Both the position numbers and the translations under genes were made by a program. Positions 26,601 through 42,000 of a DNA stretch of 64,000 nucleotides are shown here, piece after piece (position 1 is the stretch's first letter; each line of letters starts with the position of its first letter). The notes below the pieces were generated by a model. It made no database searches and had not been told where the DNA came from. It saw only the letters and a list, made by a program, of their open reading frames with translations. Origin of the DNA: Octopus sinensis (lineage: Eukaryota); contig NC_043005.1 of assembly GCF_006345805.1 (NCBI RefSeq), positions 20,584,001-20,648,000 of the forward strand, read 5' to 3'.

Positions 26601-29600
26601 ATGCAAAACAATGTATCAGTGAGACTAGAGATATGGTAGGTGAGAAATGTGTGTGAATGGATAATTGTATGCTTGAATTTAGGGACTCAGAGAAGAAAGG
26701 TGCATGAAAGTGCCACTATGAAAGGCTACTAAATGTTGGAAAATGCATGGGTAAAGGTGAGTCTTTCAAATATTAAACAAACTGAGGGACCACCCATCAG
26801 AGTTGACAGCAGTATAATAGAAAAGGCAATTAAGGATATAAAGTTAAGGAAAGCTCCTGGACCATCAGGTAATTAAAATGGCTGTTGGTGTGGGTTAAAG
26901 CTTAGTTACTTCTATAGTAAATCAGGTTATTCAGAAAGGCATCATCCCCAATCATTGGTGTAGTAATATTATAGTTAGTCGCTACAAGTGTAAAGGTGAT
27001 ATCTTAAGATAGAAACAACTACAGAGGTATCAAACTGTTGGACCAGGTCATGGAAGTTATAGAGGCGGTTATAAACTCAAATGGTTAAGAATACAATTAG
27101 ACTTGATGCAGTGCAGTTTGGTTTTGTACCTGGGAAGAGTACCACAGATGCCATCTTCCTAGTGAGACAGCAGCAGGAAAAGTATCCAGCTAAAAGCAAG
27201 CCATCTAGTGAAAGCTTTGAACAGAGTCCCTCTGTCTATTATCTGGTGTCTCTAAGGAAGTTAGGAGTAGATGAGTGGTTTGTTGGAATTCTATAAACCA
27301 TTTAGAGTGGTGCTGTTAGTAGGGTGAGAGTAGGCCATGAATACAGTGATGAATTTAGCATACAAGTAGGGGTTCATCAGGACTAAGTTCTCAGTCCACT
27401 CTTATTCATCATAGTCCTCCAAGTCATAGGAGTTCAAAACTGGATGCCCATGGGAAGTCTTCATATGTGGCAGATGTGCAGGAACAGTATGTACTAAGGA
27501 CACACGGAAATTAGACTCCTTCAAATGCCCAGGAGGGTCTCTTGAGGTTGTAGATAGTTTCTGTTACCTAGGTGACTAAATTAGTAATGGGGGAGGATGT
27601 TCTGAAAGTATTGTTTCTTCAATAAGGATAAGACGGAGAAAGTTCAGAGAGCTATTGCCTCTGGTGGCAACAAAATGAGCATTGAACTTGCCAGGTACTA
27701 CAGCTTTTCTGAATTATGTCTTCTGAAAGTAAACTATCTATTTCGTTCTTAATAATCTGCATTTCTCGGATTGCAGCTTGAAGTAGTTGAAATTGGTTTG
27801 AGCTTAGAGATCTTTATGCCAGGAAGTAGTTCGTATATGGTACATTTTAGGCTTGATATGAACATGCAGAATGACACGGATTTGAGCATGCCCTTGAAGA
27901 CAATTGTAACCACCAAGTGTTGACTGAGGATATCAATTCCGATGATGACTGGAGCTACAAAGTGATCGGCCACAAGGAAATTAGTGTTATATGCGTTATT
28001 TCCCAGTTGCAATTTACTACTGAATTTGCCTTTAATCTCCAGTGCTGTGTTGTTGGCCAAGTTAACTTATTCTGGAAGGTATGATTGTATTGTAATCCCC
28101 AGACTGCAAGAAGATTTGCTTCTATAAATGTCCTGTCAGAACCCATGTCAAGAAGGGCTTGTGTATTGTTGTCCTTAATTTTAATGGGTACTAGCTGTCC
28201 TATACCATTTGTTGCTGCTAAAATGATGGATAATAAGGCTCCATCACCATTTTTCTCTGAATTGCTTTCTGGCTTTGTGAAGTTTCGTTTGTTTCTTGAT
28301 GGCTTTTTGGGGAAGCAGACTTTCTCCCAGTGGCCTTTCTTCTGACATCTTTTGCGAGTGGACTTTCTTGCCGGGTATTGATTTTTTTTTATGAATGTCT
28401 CCATCGCACCAAAAGCATTTAGCAGCTGCAAGATGGAGTGGTTGATTGATACAAGTTGAACCTTGCGATAGGTTGTGAGTGTCTTCTATGGCCACCCCTA
28501 TGGTTTGAGGAGGTTTATAGAATGTTTCTATGCTGTCATGTGATGACTTGAGAAGCCTTTGTCTGATTGATGGTGATTGGAGCCCAACCACAAAGGCATC
28601 ACCAATTAGAATTTCTCGGTAATAGTCTGCCATTAGGATTTGGATTTTACACTTCTTGGCTAGCACCTGTAGGCTTGACATAAATTGTTCTATAGACTTG
28701 TTTTCCTTTTGTTTTTGAGTACATAGCATATGGAGCATCATTATGTTTGAATCTTTCTTTATGAACTTTGAGTCCAGGTGTTCTATTGCTGCCTCGAAGG
28801 CTTTGGATTCTTCAATGATGGAGTAGGTCCTTGCTCTGCAGAAGACTAAGAGTACTTCCAGTTTAGATTTATCTGGAACTTTTGCTATGTAGATGTGTGG
28901 CATCCATTTCAAGGAAATGTAATCTTCCTCAGTTGGGTTGTCTGGCAGGGTTTTTTAAAACACTTTGGCATCCATTTAGAATGAAGTTTGAATAAAATTT
29001 GTCATAAACCATTTCAAAGAAGGCTTTCATTCAAACTTTATTTTGCTTGCCGTCTAATCTGTTAATCACTGTCTGCTGTCCAACAATTAAGACATCATCA
29101 TCATCATCATCGTTTAATGTTCGCTTTCCATGCTAGCATGGGTTGAACGATTTGACTGAGGGCTGGCGAACCAGATGGCTGCACCAGGCTCCAATCTTGA
29201 TCTGGCAGAGTTTCTACAGCTGGATGCCCTTCCTAACGCCAACCACTCTGAGAGTGTAGTGGGTGCTTTTACGTGCCACTGGCATGGGGGCCAGTCAGGC
29301 GGTACTGGCAATGACCTCGCTTGAATCTTTTTACACATGCCACCGGCACAGGTGCCAGTAAGGCGATGCTAGAAGTTGTTTTATGTTAAACAAAGACAGT
29401 ATCCATCTATCAATGTCATTTGACACTATGCTGCATTTTCATACTCAATACAAAATAAGATATCTATATTTTAAGTGGGAGACCTAGGTAGATATGGGGT
29501 GAAGATGTTATGGCTGATCACAAGATATTTTGAACTTCATGGAGATGACAAAGATAGATCCATTCATCCATCCATCAACCACTCAATCAACCACCCACCC

Positions 29601-32600
29601 AATCAATCAATTAATCAATCAATCAATCAATCAATCAGTCAGTCAAAGAGATCTCCTGCATCATGGGTGTATACTAGAGAGGACAACCTGTTCTTGAAAG
29701 CCATCAAATTTGCCATTCTTAATCTCACATTGTGATATTTAAAAATAGTAATTTCGACCTATTCCTAGTTTGAAATTTTTTCGTCCATTATCCTGCTGTA
29801 TTGTTTTGTGTCTCAGCATCCTATTTGTTGGTACTGATGTTACTCTTTGTATATCTCTACAATTTGCATGAGATATTTGTTGGTATGTCCTGTCATTTGA
29901 TGATTATTTATCAGCTGGAACCTGAATATTCACAAACTGAAAGCTGGCTTAGTGTTTGTTTTGCAGATAGCCTAGCTAGTCTGCCTGTTTAAGAGAAACA
30001 AAATTATATTCTCCATGCCTGTCTTCAGACAGTTGTTTCAGTCATCTTGACTTGTTTTTCTTAGATTCAGTTGCACTTCTCACTCCCTTTGTTGTTGTGC
30101 CCTTTTTTGCCAGCTGTTCTGTTGCTATCACAAACCTTTTTGGACGATCCATTTTGAATTGAAAAATTCAAATGTAGAAACAAATAAAGGAGTAGGTATA
30201 TTGTAGGCATAGAAAATAACCCAAAGATTTCATTATCAAAGGGATATTTATGTTTAATGGAATGACATTTGCAATGAAAAATTTCTAGATAAAATTTTTC
30301 ACAAATATTCTCAAAGTTTCTCAAAGCAAAATATTGTAATCACTTATTTTTAATGAAAACAGTTGAATAGAGAGGAAGAGAGAGATAGCATTGTAAGAAA
30401 AGAAAATGAGCCACAGGATGTGTGGGGAAGGACAAAATGTGTTTTATGAAATAACTGGGGAAGGAATCCAAATGAAGTGTGTGAGAGAGAAGTGACAGAG
30501 AAAGAAGGAATTAAGACATTAAAAAATTGCTGACTACATCACAGCAAATAATGTAGCCAAAATTTCCAATAATAAAAGAAACTTGAAAACTTTCATAAAA
30601 ATTTATCAAAATTGAAATTTTTATGATTCATAGATGGTGTAAACTTTCATAACTGCTTTCTTTTAGCAAAGCTTATTTACTCAAAACTAATTAATAAACA
30701 AATTCCTTTATTATAGTACAGATGCATCATCTTCATCATCATCATCATTCAATGTCCATGTTACTTGCTGGTATGGATGGGATGGTTTGATAGGGTCTTG
30801 TGGGCCCAATGACTGCATCATGCTCCAGTGTTTGCTTTGGCATGGTTCCTATGTTTGGATGCTCTCCCTAATGTCAACCACTCGACAACATGTACTGGGT
30901 GTTTTTTTTCTTCATGTCACCAGCACTAGTGATGGTTGCTGTGTGACTCATAGGACTACATACCCAGATGAAGTGGGGATCATTTTCAAGCTAGGGGACA
31001 AGGAATTAAAGTGGTGGTTGTGGTGATGATATATACATACATACATGTGTTTTTACTTGTGTGCAAATTTCTTTGCTGTTTCAGTTAATACTTTTTATTC
31101 TAAATTTGTCTGTTCATTTTCATCTTCTCCTAACATATACTCACTTTTAATATCAGTTTCTCTTATCAATTTCAGTTTTCACAGAAATTAACTGTGGAGC
31201 ACCAAGAGACATTGCTGGTGCATCGAAGTTCTATAATAATACCATCTATAAATCTGAAGTGATTTATACTTGTCCAGGAGGAGAAAAACAAAAGTCAATT
31301 TGTGAAAAGAATAACTTATGGACTCGAGTAGAGCTTATCTGTGAAGGTAACATAAATAATTTCTCTCTTTTGTTTTTGTCTAATAAATTTTGTCATACTT
31401 TTCTGCTAAATATATTTCTAAGTTGAAGAATTCATGTGTCCATGATAATTTCTGTTGTGTTTATGCCTGGTGGAATGGAGAAAGGAAGCTATCCTCAGAC
31501 CAGAGACCATCCAAATGCTTACAACACAGCTAACTCTATTGATTCTACCCAAGGACCAGGTAGTGCTATTAAATTGAGTGGATTAAGTCTGTCAAGCAAG
31601 AGATGGGAGTGTAGAAACTAGTTGTCTCCAACAGGCTTCCGCATTGTTTTCATCCACCAGATTTCATCCACAAGGTTTAGCTTTGAAACAAATTCTTCAC
31701 CACATAAACAAAATTCTACCAGAAACCATATTGCTGTTAAGTAAACATATAATCTCCACAGTCATATCTCATCTCATCTTGATAGATTTTTCTCTTAATT
31801 TCTAACTTGGCTTTTCTACCACTTTGTGTCATCATCCAAACTCTTTATAATATAATGCTCCCAGTCTTTCTTTATTAAAGCTTGACAATCCTCTGAAACA
31901 GACTCCTGATACTCCTATGATCTTCTGTTCTACCATCCTAATTTATAACTATCCTTTCTATAATAGGCACATAGCCTGGAATTTTGGGGTAGGGACTGGT
32001 TAATTACATTGACCATAATACTCAACCGGTACTTATTTTATCAACCCTTAAAGGAAGAAAGGCAAAGTTAATCTAGGTGGAATTTGAATTTAGAACATAA
32101 AGATGGACAAAATGTTGCTACACATTTTGTTTAGTGCACTTATGATTCAGCCAAGCTCACCACATCCTAAATTATAATAATGCCAATAATAATAATAATA
32201 ATGTTTTCTGATTTGGCAAAAACTCAACAATTTTTGAGAGAAAATTTTTAGTCATCAATTACAGTACTTATCAACTCCAGTACTTATTTTATGTTATTAA
32301 CCCTTGTAAGGCTGAATGGTAACAGTGTCATTGACTGTTTTTGAACTGAAAACATGAAGAGCCTGAATTACATGCCATAAAGCATTTCTTGCAATGCTCT
32401 GCTTAGCATACATGTAAAAAAGAAGACACAGGTGTTGATGCAATCCTCCTGAATATAGAAGAACTGCTATCTAGGCCCAATGGAAGAATTCCACCCTGAC
32501 CTTCAAGAACACATGTCCTCTCACTTAGTGTTCTCTTACCTATAAGTCTATGCACTGTTTTTCCTATCTATTCTTGATCTTTTTTTACCACTTTCACTTT

Positions 32601-34007
32601 GACTTCAATCATTTCCTTTGAAGACAGTTCCTTAATTTCCATCCTCACCTTGTTTAAAAATGTGAGTGAGGTAAAACAGTCTCTGTAATCAGTCCTTACA
32701 ACATTATCTATTTCACAACCTTTTTTGATATAGCTACCAGAGGAAACTACTTTCTCTGCCAGGTTTATGGGGAGTCTGGGACAACCATCATGCTGGATTC
32801 AGCTGACAGCCAAATATCCATCCCACACACAACAGTAGCTGTTTGACATGATTCCACAAGTTAGTTATGTCAAATGGCTATGCAATAAATGAGTGCATAC
32901 ATAACGATATTGTTATACTACACACATTTTGGATTGGCCTGTTTGATGGCTCTTTCATGATTGTAGAGTTTATCTTGTACTAGCTGATCCCTTTGGTGTA
33001 GCCCTACTGGGCCAAGGACCTCAGAATGTTGTCCAAAGTGTTCTCTAGCCAAAAATCGTTCAAAACAAACTTTAAAGTTTGTTTTTATCAATGCAACTCT
33101 TTAGAATGTTCCTCCACAAACCCACAATAGTTTATTAGAGTGGAACACCCACCAATCCCATTGCCTAGGTCAGGTTTGATCCAGCATATTATATCTTCTA
33201 AAATCCTTAGGATTACATTAGATAATGTGATTTAAACTCTTATGTCATGGTTGCATGTGATGCAAGGACACTTTAACAATATTTCTATCATGTCGGGCAT
33301 CCACACAGGGGATTCCACTGTAGCTAGTACACAATGAATGTTTAACTTACTGCAAGTTAACAAATCTGACAAAGCTTGTCCTCTAATCTATTGCCTGATT
33401 CAGCTTAACACCTAACCCTCCTGGTGGTCATGGCAATAGTGATGGCCAATACTTGGTCAATGTTGATATGTTCATAACAATAATAAACCCTCACATTGAC
33501 CTACAAATGCTCAGGTTGGGTATGGACCTCATTAGTCTGTTAGGTGTAGGGGAAAGTGCTGCCCTGGAATTTCATGGCCTTACCATTTCCACCATGTGTA
33601 ATGGTGTAAAAAATCAAAATTGAAAATATCACTTCATTCTAATAAATTACGTATTTATTATTTAAAGACATGGCCAAACATAGTTAAAGAAAGCAATGCA
33701 ATTGTATGATATTCATGTTTTTCTCAAGGGTACCAACTGTCTAAGTAAAATGAACTGACTAAAAGTCAAACACATATCATTGACCTACATCATCATCATT
33801 TTAGCATCCACTTTTCCATGCCCGGATAGAGCTTATTGGAGCAGATTTTCTACTGCCAGATACAATTTCTGTCACTAAATCTCACCTGATTGTCAGTAAG
33901 GTCATATTTCCTCATGGCATGACATTTTCTCACAATATTAGACATGAGTGACGCAGCATGTTTGACAGGAACATTTTATTACTGTCAAAGCAAAGGGATA
34001 CAAACAG

Positions 34008-34041
<34 letters not shown>

Positions 34042-37000
34042 ACACACATGCATACACACATACCTACTTATGTATACATACATACATACATACACACATA
34101 TATGTAAAATGGGCTTCTTTCTTTTTTTTTTCTATCAAATCCATTCACAAGGCTTTGGTCAGTCGCAGGTTTTAGTAGATGACACTTGCCCTAGGTGCAA
34201 CTCAGTTGGACTGAACCTAGAACCTTGTGGTTAGGAAGTAAACATGTTACCACTGGCTATGAACAAAGAACAATGAGGGTTGGGGTAGGGTCACTTTGTT
34301 CATGGAAAGCAATTAGTAAAGTTGCTAATTATTGAACAAGGATTTATGATTAATAAACTTGTATTAACGTAAGATACAGAAATAATTTTTTTATTTTTAA
34401 ATGCTAATAAAATAGTGATAATGTTAATAAAATAGTGTGAACAGGATAAATTATCCATACATTGCAGAAAAATACATTACCGGCCAGCTATTTACCACTC
34501 AATGGGTGGCAAAATTATGCTAATGACTTATTCCAGTTATGACATTCAGAAGAAGCATCCTTGTCAAAAATAATCACTTTCCTTTTGTATCTCACTAATA
34601 GTATTTTTTTTTTTGATGAATGAAATTCCTTAGCTTGGTGACGTAAGTTATGAGTGTCAACATTTACTACATATTTATATATTAAATGATGATGAAAGTG
34701 GAATTTACTTCTCCAAAGCAAAACTTGCAAAATAGTGAAGTGATTGAGTCTTGTCATGACTGCTCATATTTAGTTGCATCTTTTTACATATTGGGTTCAA
34801 ATGCCACCTGGATGTACTTCATCTTTCTCATTTCTGAGGTTGATAAAATAAGCATTAGTCATGGCTGTGATTGATTTATTCATATGCATTCTCATCACAG
34901 AATGTGTGGCTTTCTGTTTAATTTAGAAACTATTATAATAATTGTTGGTAAATCGACGATAATTGTAATTATTATTGTTGTTAAGGGTGATGGATTGACA
35001 GACTCATTAGAGCATCGGACAAAATGTACTGTGATATTTTCCCAGCTTTTTAACTTTAGTTCCAATCCTGTTGATGTTAATTTTGCCTTTCCAGAGCCAA
35101 TAAATTAAAATGCCAGTCAATGCCAATCAATTTTATCAACCTACTTCAAAGTTTTTGTTCTTATTATTTGTTATAAAAATATTATTCTTACTATTTTTCA
35201 TTGCTCTAAATTTTATTTAGTTCCAGAAATTAAGAATGAATTTGTGAAAATAACAGCTGCAGTACTGGATGTGTTAGGGAAAACACTGTTCAGAAAAAAA
35301 AATGTAACTGCAGATGCTTGTGCAGAACAATGTTTGTCTGATGAAAATTGTTTATCATTTGAAATAACTAAAGAAGGTGGAAAATGCTACTTATCAAAGA
35401 AAAGTGCAGCTGCCTCTAAGAAAATAAAATCAGACAAAAGCAGAGATTACTACCAACGAGTAAAACGTGATTATCTTTTGTAGCTTATTTTTGAACTTTT
35501 TCCTTTTTTTCTGAAATTTGTGATTCCATTTGTACTTCATAATATATAAACAACCATTTCTGTAAAGACATTGGCAGGGTTACCTATAAGGGCAGACATA
35601 AACAAGTTTCAGCAATAAGGAATATTAGCAACTGTAAATATTGTTAGGGCATTAGAGCATTCTCATATAGCATTTGTTCACCTTAAACCTATTTGTGCAT
35701 ATTTTCAGTTTTTCTTCTCTTTATTTACGAAAGGAAATTCTGGTTTTTCTTAAACCTGAATAGCAGCAGCAGCAGCATCTTTCTCTTCATTTGTTGAAGC
35801 TATTATGGCTTAAATAGTGCTTTTACAACAGTGTCTGAGCACTAGATGTTGTCCTTAATATAATACACAGAATAATTATATATCTTTGATGTTTTAGTAT
35901 TGCTATTATAGCAAGATGCCCTTCTTCCTATCACCAACCATTTTATCACAGGAAGAGTGGACATTTTCCCATACACTGGAATTTGAGAAGTTCTCTACTG
36001 GAACTAAAGAATCCTCTCTACTTGAAATAAGTTTCTATTCAGTATAGTCCAAGGACAGAATCAACTGCAAGTACCTTCTTTGGCATGGTTATTACAGCTA
36101 ATTACCATGCCTAACACCAACCACTTTACACAAGATATAAAACTCTATTGAGGTTACATATATATCGTTGGTAAAGCATAAATCCAAAAAAGAAGCTCAC
36201 TCTAGGTTATAGGGCAGTATATGTTATAATTAAAGTTAAATAGAGCTGGTTTAAGGGATTACCCTGGATTTCAGATCTCTAAAGCATTTAGCTTAACAGT
36301 ATATCTTCAGATCCCAAAACCTGTTGGCTTAAAGCCTTTGTAGTAAGTGGTCTTTCTAATGAGTGGCTTCTCTAGAATATGGAGAATATCTGAAAGGAGA
36401 TACGTTATATTATTAGCCAGCTATGTATGGCAGCTGAAAGATGATGGGATTCCATACACAGTATCATGAAGAATACTAGGAAATCCAGGCCCCCACACAA
36501 ACAGGATCAAGTGCTGTAAACTATGCATAGCTGAATAGGCAAGGATTCTAAAGGACTCCTTCAACCTAGAAACATCCTTAACTCCAGAATGGAGATCTTT
36601 GGACTGTGTTTGCATTTCAGGAAATTCCTACTGGCCTATTGGAACCCACAGGATAACAAGGGTCACTGGCAATCGGTAGTCAAAAGGAGACAATCGCTGT
36701 TGTTGACATTGAGTAATGAGGTTCTTTCCTCCTCTATAAATATATATATATATTGTCATCATCATCATCATCATTTAATGTCCATTGTCCATGCTGGCAT
36801 GGGTTGTACAGTTTGACCAGGGCTGGTAAGCTGGAAGGCTGCACCATACTCCAGTCTGATTTGGCATGATTTTCTACAGCTCGATGCCCTTCTTAATGCC
36901 AACCTCTCCAAGAGTATAATGGGTGTGTTTATGTGCCACCAGCATAGGTGCCACTTGCATGACACAAGTGTCTGCCATGACCGTGATTTTGCTTGACTTG

Positions 37001-38239
37001 ATGTGTCATCTTCTCAAGCACAAATGCCAAAAGTTTCAGTCATTCATCATTGCCTCTGTGAGGCCCAATGCTCAAAAGGAACTCAGCCACTTTGCCTCCA
37101 TAATAAATGCACAAACAAATGGGTATCAGACTCGAGAAGGCTAACTAGGAGAGAATACTTACCTTAGTGGTAAGGGTGGCTATGGTTTTGTTGGATTTCC
37201 AAGAGTAACCATTTGAGGTCTCCCATCCAGAGGAGAATTAATATTCTTTGTTTAAAATTTTGGTATTTTTCTTTTTTATTGTATAGTTTACATGCACTTT
37301 TATGTCATTCCTTGTTATATCCATGTGTGGACAGGATGCCGGATGCACTTTTACTGAAAGACAAGAAGCCGAACAGACACAATGCCAAACGGACATAAAG
37401 ATGAATGGACACAATGCCAAATGGACATATAGCTGAATGGACACAATAATAATAAAAAAATTCTTACCTATATAGTTTAATGACCAATTCACCAATTTGG
37501 CACTTAAGATTTAATAAGATTAAATTTGTCATTCTGGCATCTTGTCTGTTTGGCATTGTGTCCATTCAGCTTCTCATCCTTTGGCAAAAGTGCATTTGAT
37601 ATCCTGTCTGTATACTGTTATATCTTGCTCTATTGTCCCCAAAGTTCTCGACTACTGTTAGCGATTTATAAAAAGCTTTGTTTTTGTTATTTTATGGGTA
37701 TTTTAAGAATATATCATTATGTAGAGGTACCATGTAAATGAAATTTTGAATAAAATATGAGAAAGACATCTGATGCATTGTTATCAAAATGGATGATTTA
37801 TTATAATAGCATGATCAATCCACAAAATAATCTTTCAACATAAGACATCCTTCTCAGAATTACATCATAAGACATACTCAAAACTTTGCCTAAATATTTC
37901 AGTTTTTGATAATCCATACAGCCATTCTTCTGATGATACACTTTTGTTTAAAATTGCATGGCCATAACAATAGACATCTTGGTTGACCACAGGTTAAGGA
38001 GAGCTTTCACCTTACAAAAACACACTATCAAGTTAAGTATGTACAAATGGATTATCTGCAGATATAGATAGTCTGAAAGTATAGTCTGAAAGTAAACCTC
38101 AATATGTTCTACAACTCATAAATTCTAACTAGGATATCAGTTTATGAAATAGTTATTTGTGGTATTATTCAGTGTCCTTTTACAAAACCATGCAACACAA
38201 GCTTTATAACATTTATTGTGTGTGTGTCTGTGTGCATGC

Positions 38240-38277
<38 letters not shown>

Positions 38278-40170
38278 ATGCTTGTGTATGCGTGTGTGTG
38301 TGTGTGTGTGCATGCATGCATGCGTCTGATTTTAAAATACATTTCACGTCTTTTTTTTGTTTTGCAGCCAATGATAAACATTTAATGTTGAAAAAGGTTA
38401 GCATACCAAAGCAGGATGTTTATGAACAGCTTAAGAATGTTGATGTAAATAAATGCAATAAAACTTGCCTTCTATCTCTAGAATGTAATTCTTACCAGTA
38501 CAATGAAAAAGCTAAATCATGTTTTCTGAGTAATGTAACTCATTTCACTGGTAAACTTGAACCCAACAATGGAGAATCGGATGTATACATAATTAATCCA
38601 GGTCAGTAGAATGTTTCTACCGTATTTATTGTGTGCATCCCTTTGTGTATTTATAAATGTATGTATGTATGTGTGTGTGTGTGTGTGTAAGGACTTCAAT
38701 GCTGCATAGTAGTAAGACATGGGCCTTGAATGTAGTGGGTATGATAAGACTGGAAAGAAATGAAACGAGCATGCTCTGTTGAACTTGTAATGTAAGTGAG
38801 CAGGAACAGCATTGTATATCTAAGTAAAAAACTGGGCATAAGAGAAACCAAATGTTGTGTGCAAGAGAGAACACTGGTATAGTTGTGCAATGCATTTAGA
38901 TGAGGACAGTTGTATAGAGAAGTGCTGATCACTAAATGTAGCAGAAGCTTGTAGGTGAGGAACACATAGGAAGATGTGGGAGGCTAACTTCAGGACCCTG
39001 AACCTTACTACACAGGATAAAACAAAGGTCTGGGATGTTTGGCCATATGTGCTTCTTGAGAACACGTGGCCCATTACAGCAAAACTGACCTTTGGAAGCA
39101 CAGTGTATGTAGATACCATTGTCCAAAAAATCTTTTTCAACCATGGCCTAAAAGTGGTTAACTCCTTGGACCTTAATAAGGACCTTAAAACAGGGTTATT
39201 TTCTTCATACCATAAACAATGAATAACCGCACTAGATCAATAGATCCTCCTGTCACCCTAAATCTATTAAATCTAGTAAAAATATGATTTTGAATCACAT
39301 GGCCAAAGAACAGATCTTCCCTAAATAATATCCAATTTCGCAGTGAGGTCCTGGCTAGTAGTGGTTTCAGGAAAGGATCATGTATTACATGAATATCCCC
39401 CAAAAAGCCTCTATTCAGGACCCCTCTCCAACAATAACTTCACCGAGCTGTATCTTGTAACACCATTTCATGCTGGATATAGATATACACTCCATTGATG
39501 AGAGACACAGGGAATTACTAACTGTCAGGGCATGTGACTCAATGGACATTCCATCTACCAGTCTTGATGGATATGTAGACAGACATCCCAGGAATGACAT
39601 CAACTGATAAGCATGCTGGTATTAAAGCTACTGCTTGATGGGAGGACAGAGTTGTCTAATACAAGGCCAGTCACTACAGTATATATGCTGATGGCTATTG
39701 TAGCAGCAGTTTAACTGAAAATCAGATTATCAGGCCACCTGTTCTTATGCAATCAATTACCAATGCTGGTGGTAACCCAGTAACATTTTTTGTCCAATCC
39801 ATCCAGTATCACCTTTGTCCAGTACCCCAACTATCCCTTCTAGGACTAGGACTAGTAAAAAAAGGATGGTTTTTTTGGTATAACTTCTTATTGAGTTGCT
39901 TTGTATCCAACTAGAACCCTAAGTATTGCAGTGAGATCTCTGACCATTATGGTATTCATGGCATCATCCCCTGCTAACTATAATAAACCCTCTACTGATG
40001 ACTCACCCTTAATATATGTTATCCTACTGGGCCACCCTTAATATATGCTATCCTACCACCAACCATTACTTGGGACCACAAAAGAGCTGAAGTCAATCCA
40101 CACTCCACTGACTTGAATGAAAGCATAGCACTGAAATTAGTTGTTTTTTAATAAAATATGTATATGTACA

Positions 40171-40249
<79 letters not shown>

Positions 40250-40264
40250 ATATAAAGATATCAT

Positions 40265-40321
<57 letters not shown>

Positions 40322-41905
40322 GTGACCAGCAAGCATAAAAGCCAAAATGGTAAATTTATAAATTTATAATCTAGGGTACAAGAGAGTACCAGTGTTTCTA
40401 GAAATAAGAGTCGAAAAATACTCAAATAAGCCACAATATCACTAAAAAGTCAACAAGCTGACGAAATTGAGGAGTGAATAGAAAAGCCAAGATACTATTG
40501 AATTATATGGATAATGCCATACTAAATTCTGGTGCCTTTAACTTAAGTACCATATTCATCTGAATCTAAATTTTACTAAACTTATATATATACACACACA
40601 TATATATAACGTAAAAGACTTTTTCTGTTTCTATTCCTGAGCACTATACTAATACATTTGTTTGTTTGCACTCCACCTGCCTTCGTCTTTTGTTTATTTT
40701 CGTAAACCTTCCCGTTATATATATATATATATATATACATACATATATATATAGACATACATGGATGATGGCTCCTTTGCATTGAATGAGGCTGCAAAGA
40801 GAAAAGTTTGGATACGCCAGTATAAAATATTAAAGAATTTAATATTATTATTGTATATATCAATTTAATCGATAAACTTAATAGCGTTGTTTGTTTATCA
40901 ATATCATTTGGATCTTGTATTATACTGAGTTTGATTGTTGTTGTTAATATTATTATTGTTATTGACTGATTGGTAGTGGACTGTCGGTTGTAGTTGAATG
41001 TCTTCATAGTGCATTGTTCATTTTTTCTAATATTTTTGCACCTTTCTTTAATTTATGGGGCTTAGATGTTTTTCTTACTTTTCATTAGTAAATAATTTTT
41101 GCCATTATATCATATTATATATATTGATAGTTATAAGTTATGATAGTTATTAATTATTATATCTATTTATTTAGAATGATTTATTATTATTTTTATAAAG
41201 GGATCTAATGTACTACATTTATCTAATTTGAGAATTAATTTTGTTAGACAATATATCATTTAATAATTAGGTGGTATATTTATTAAGTAGTATTAAATTT
41301 AAGTAAATTTGGTTTTATATTAATTGATATTTTGGTCAACTATATTATCGAGTGATATATTAAATCTATAGGAACTTGTTAGTTTATTTAATGAGTGTGT
41401 CGATATTTGAACCATTTCTTATTTTGATTCCAGTATTAATGGCTTGTACTAGCATTGTGTATATTAATTAATTTTAATGTTTTAGTATTAATTGCTTAAT
41501 GGGTATTAGACTGTATTTGGATGTTTATTAAAAAAACATATTAATTAATAATCTGATTTAACAATACCTTAATGTTCTTAACATTCAAATCAACATCTCT
41601 GTCTATATATCTACCCTCTTTATAATGTTATTAATTAACATGAAAATAAGTATATGTATTGATGGAAAACCTCTATAAATGGCTGATGATTGCTCAACAT
41701 TTTAAAACTGTTGTAATATTTACAATGTTTAATAAAATGGTGTAGCGTGAAACAATCATACCAAATTACCGAAGATATTCTTGTTGCTTATTTTGATTAC
41801 AATCACTCCATGGATTTATATGGAAAACACCGTACAAAATTCGGGTGCATCCAATTTAAGTACCACATTCATTTGAATCTATATGTATATATATATGTAT
41901 ATATA

Positions 41906-42000
<95 letters not shown>

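Noticed and set aside
40582-41007. 141-aa minus-strand ORF
   Set aside because: Low-complexity I/T/N-rich translation of AT-rich and microsatellite DNA; no domain and no splice support.
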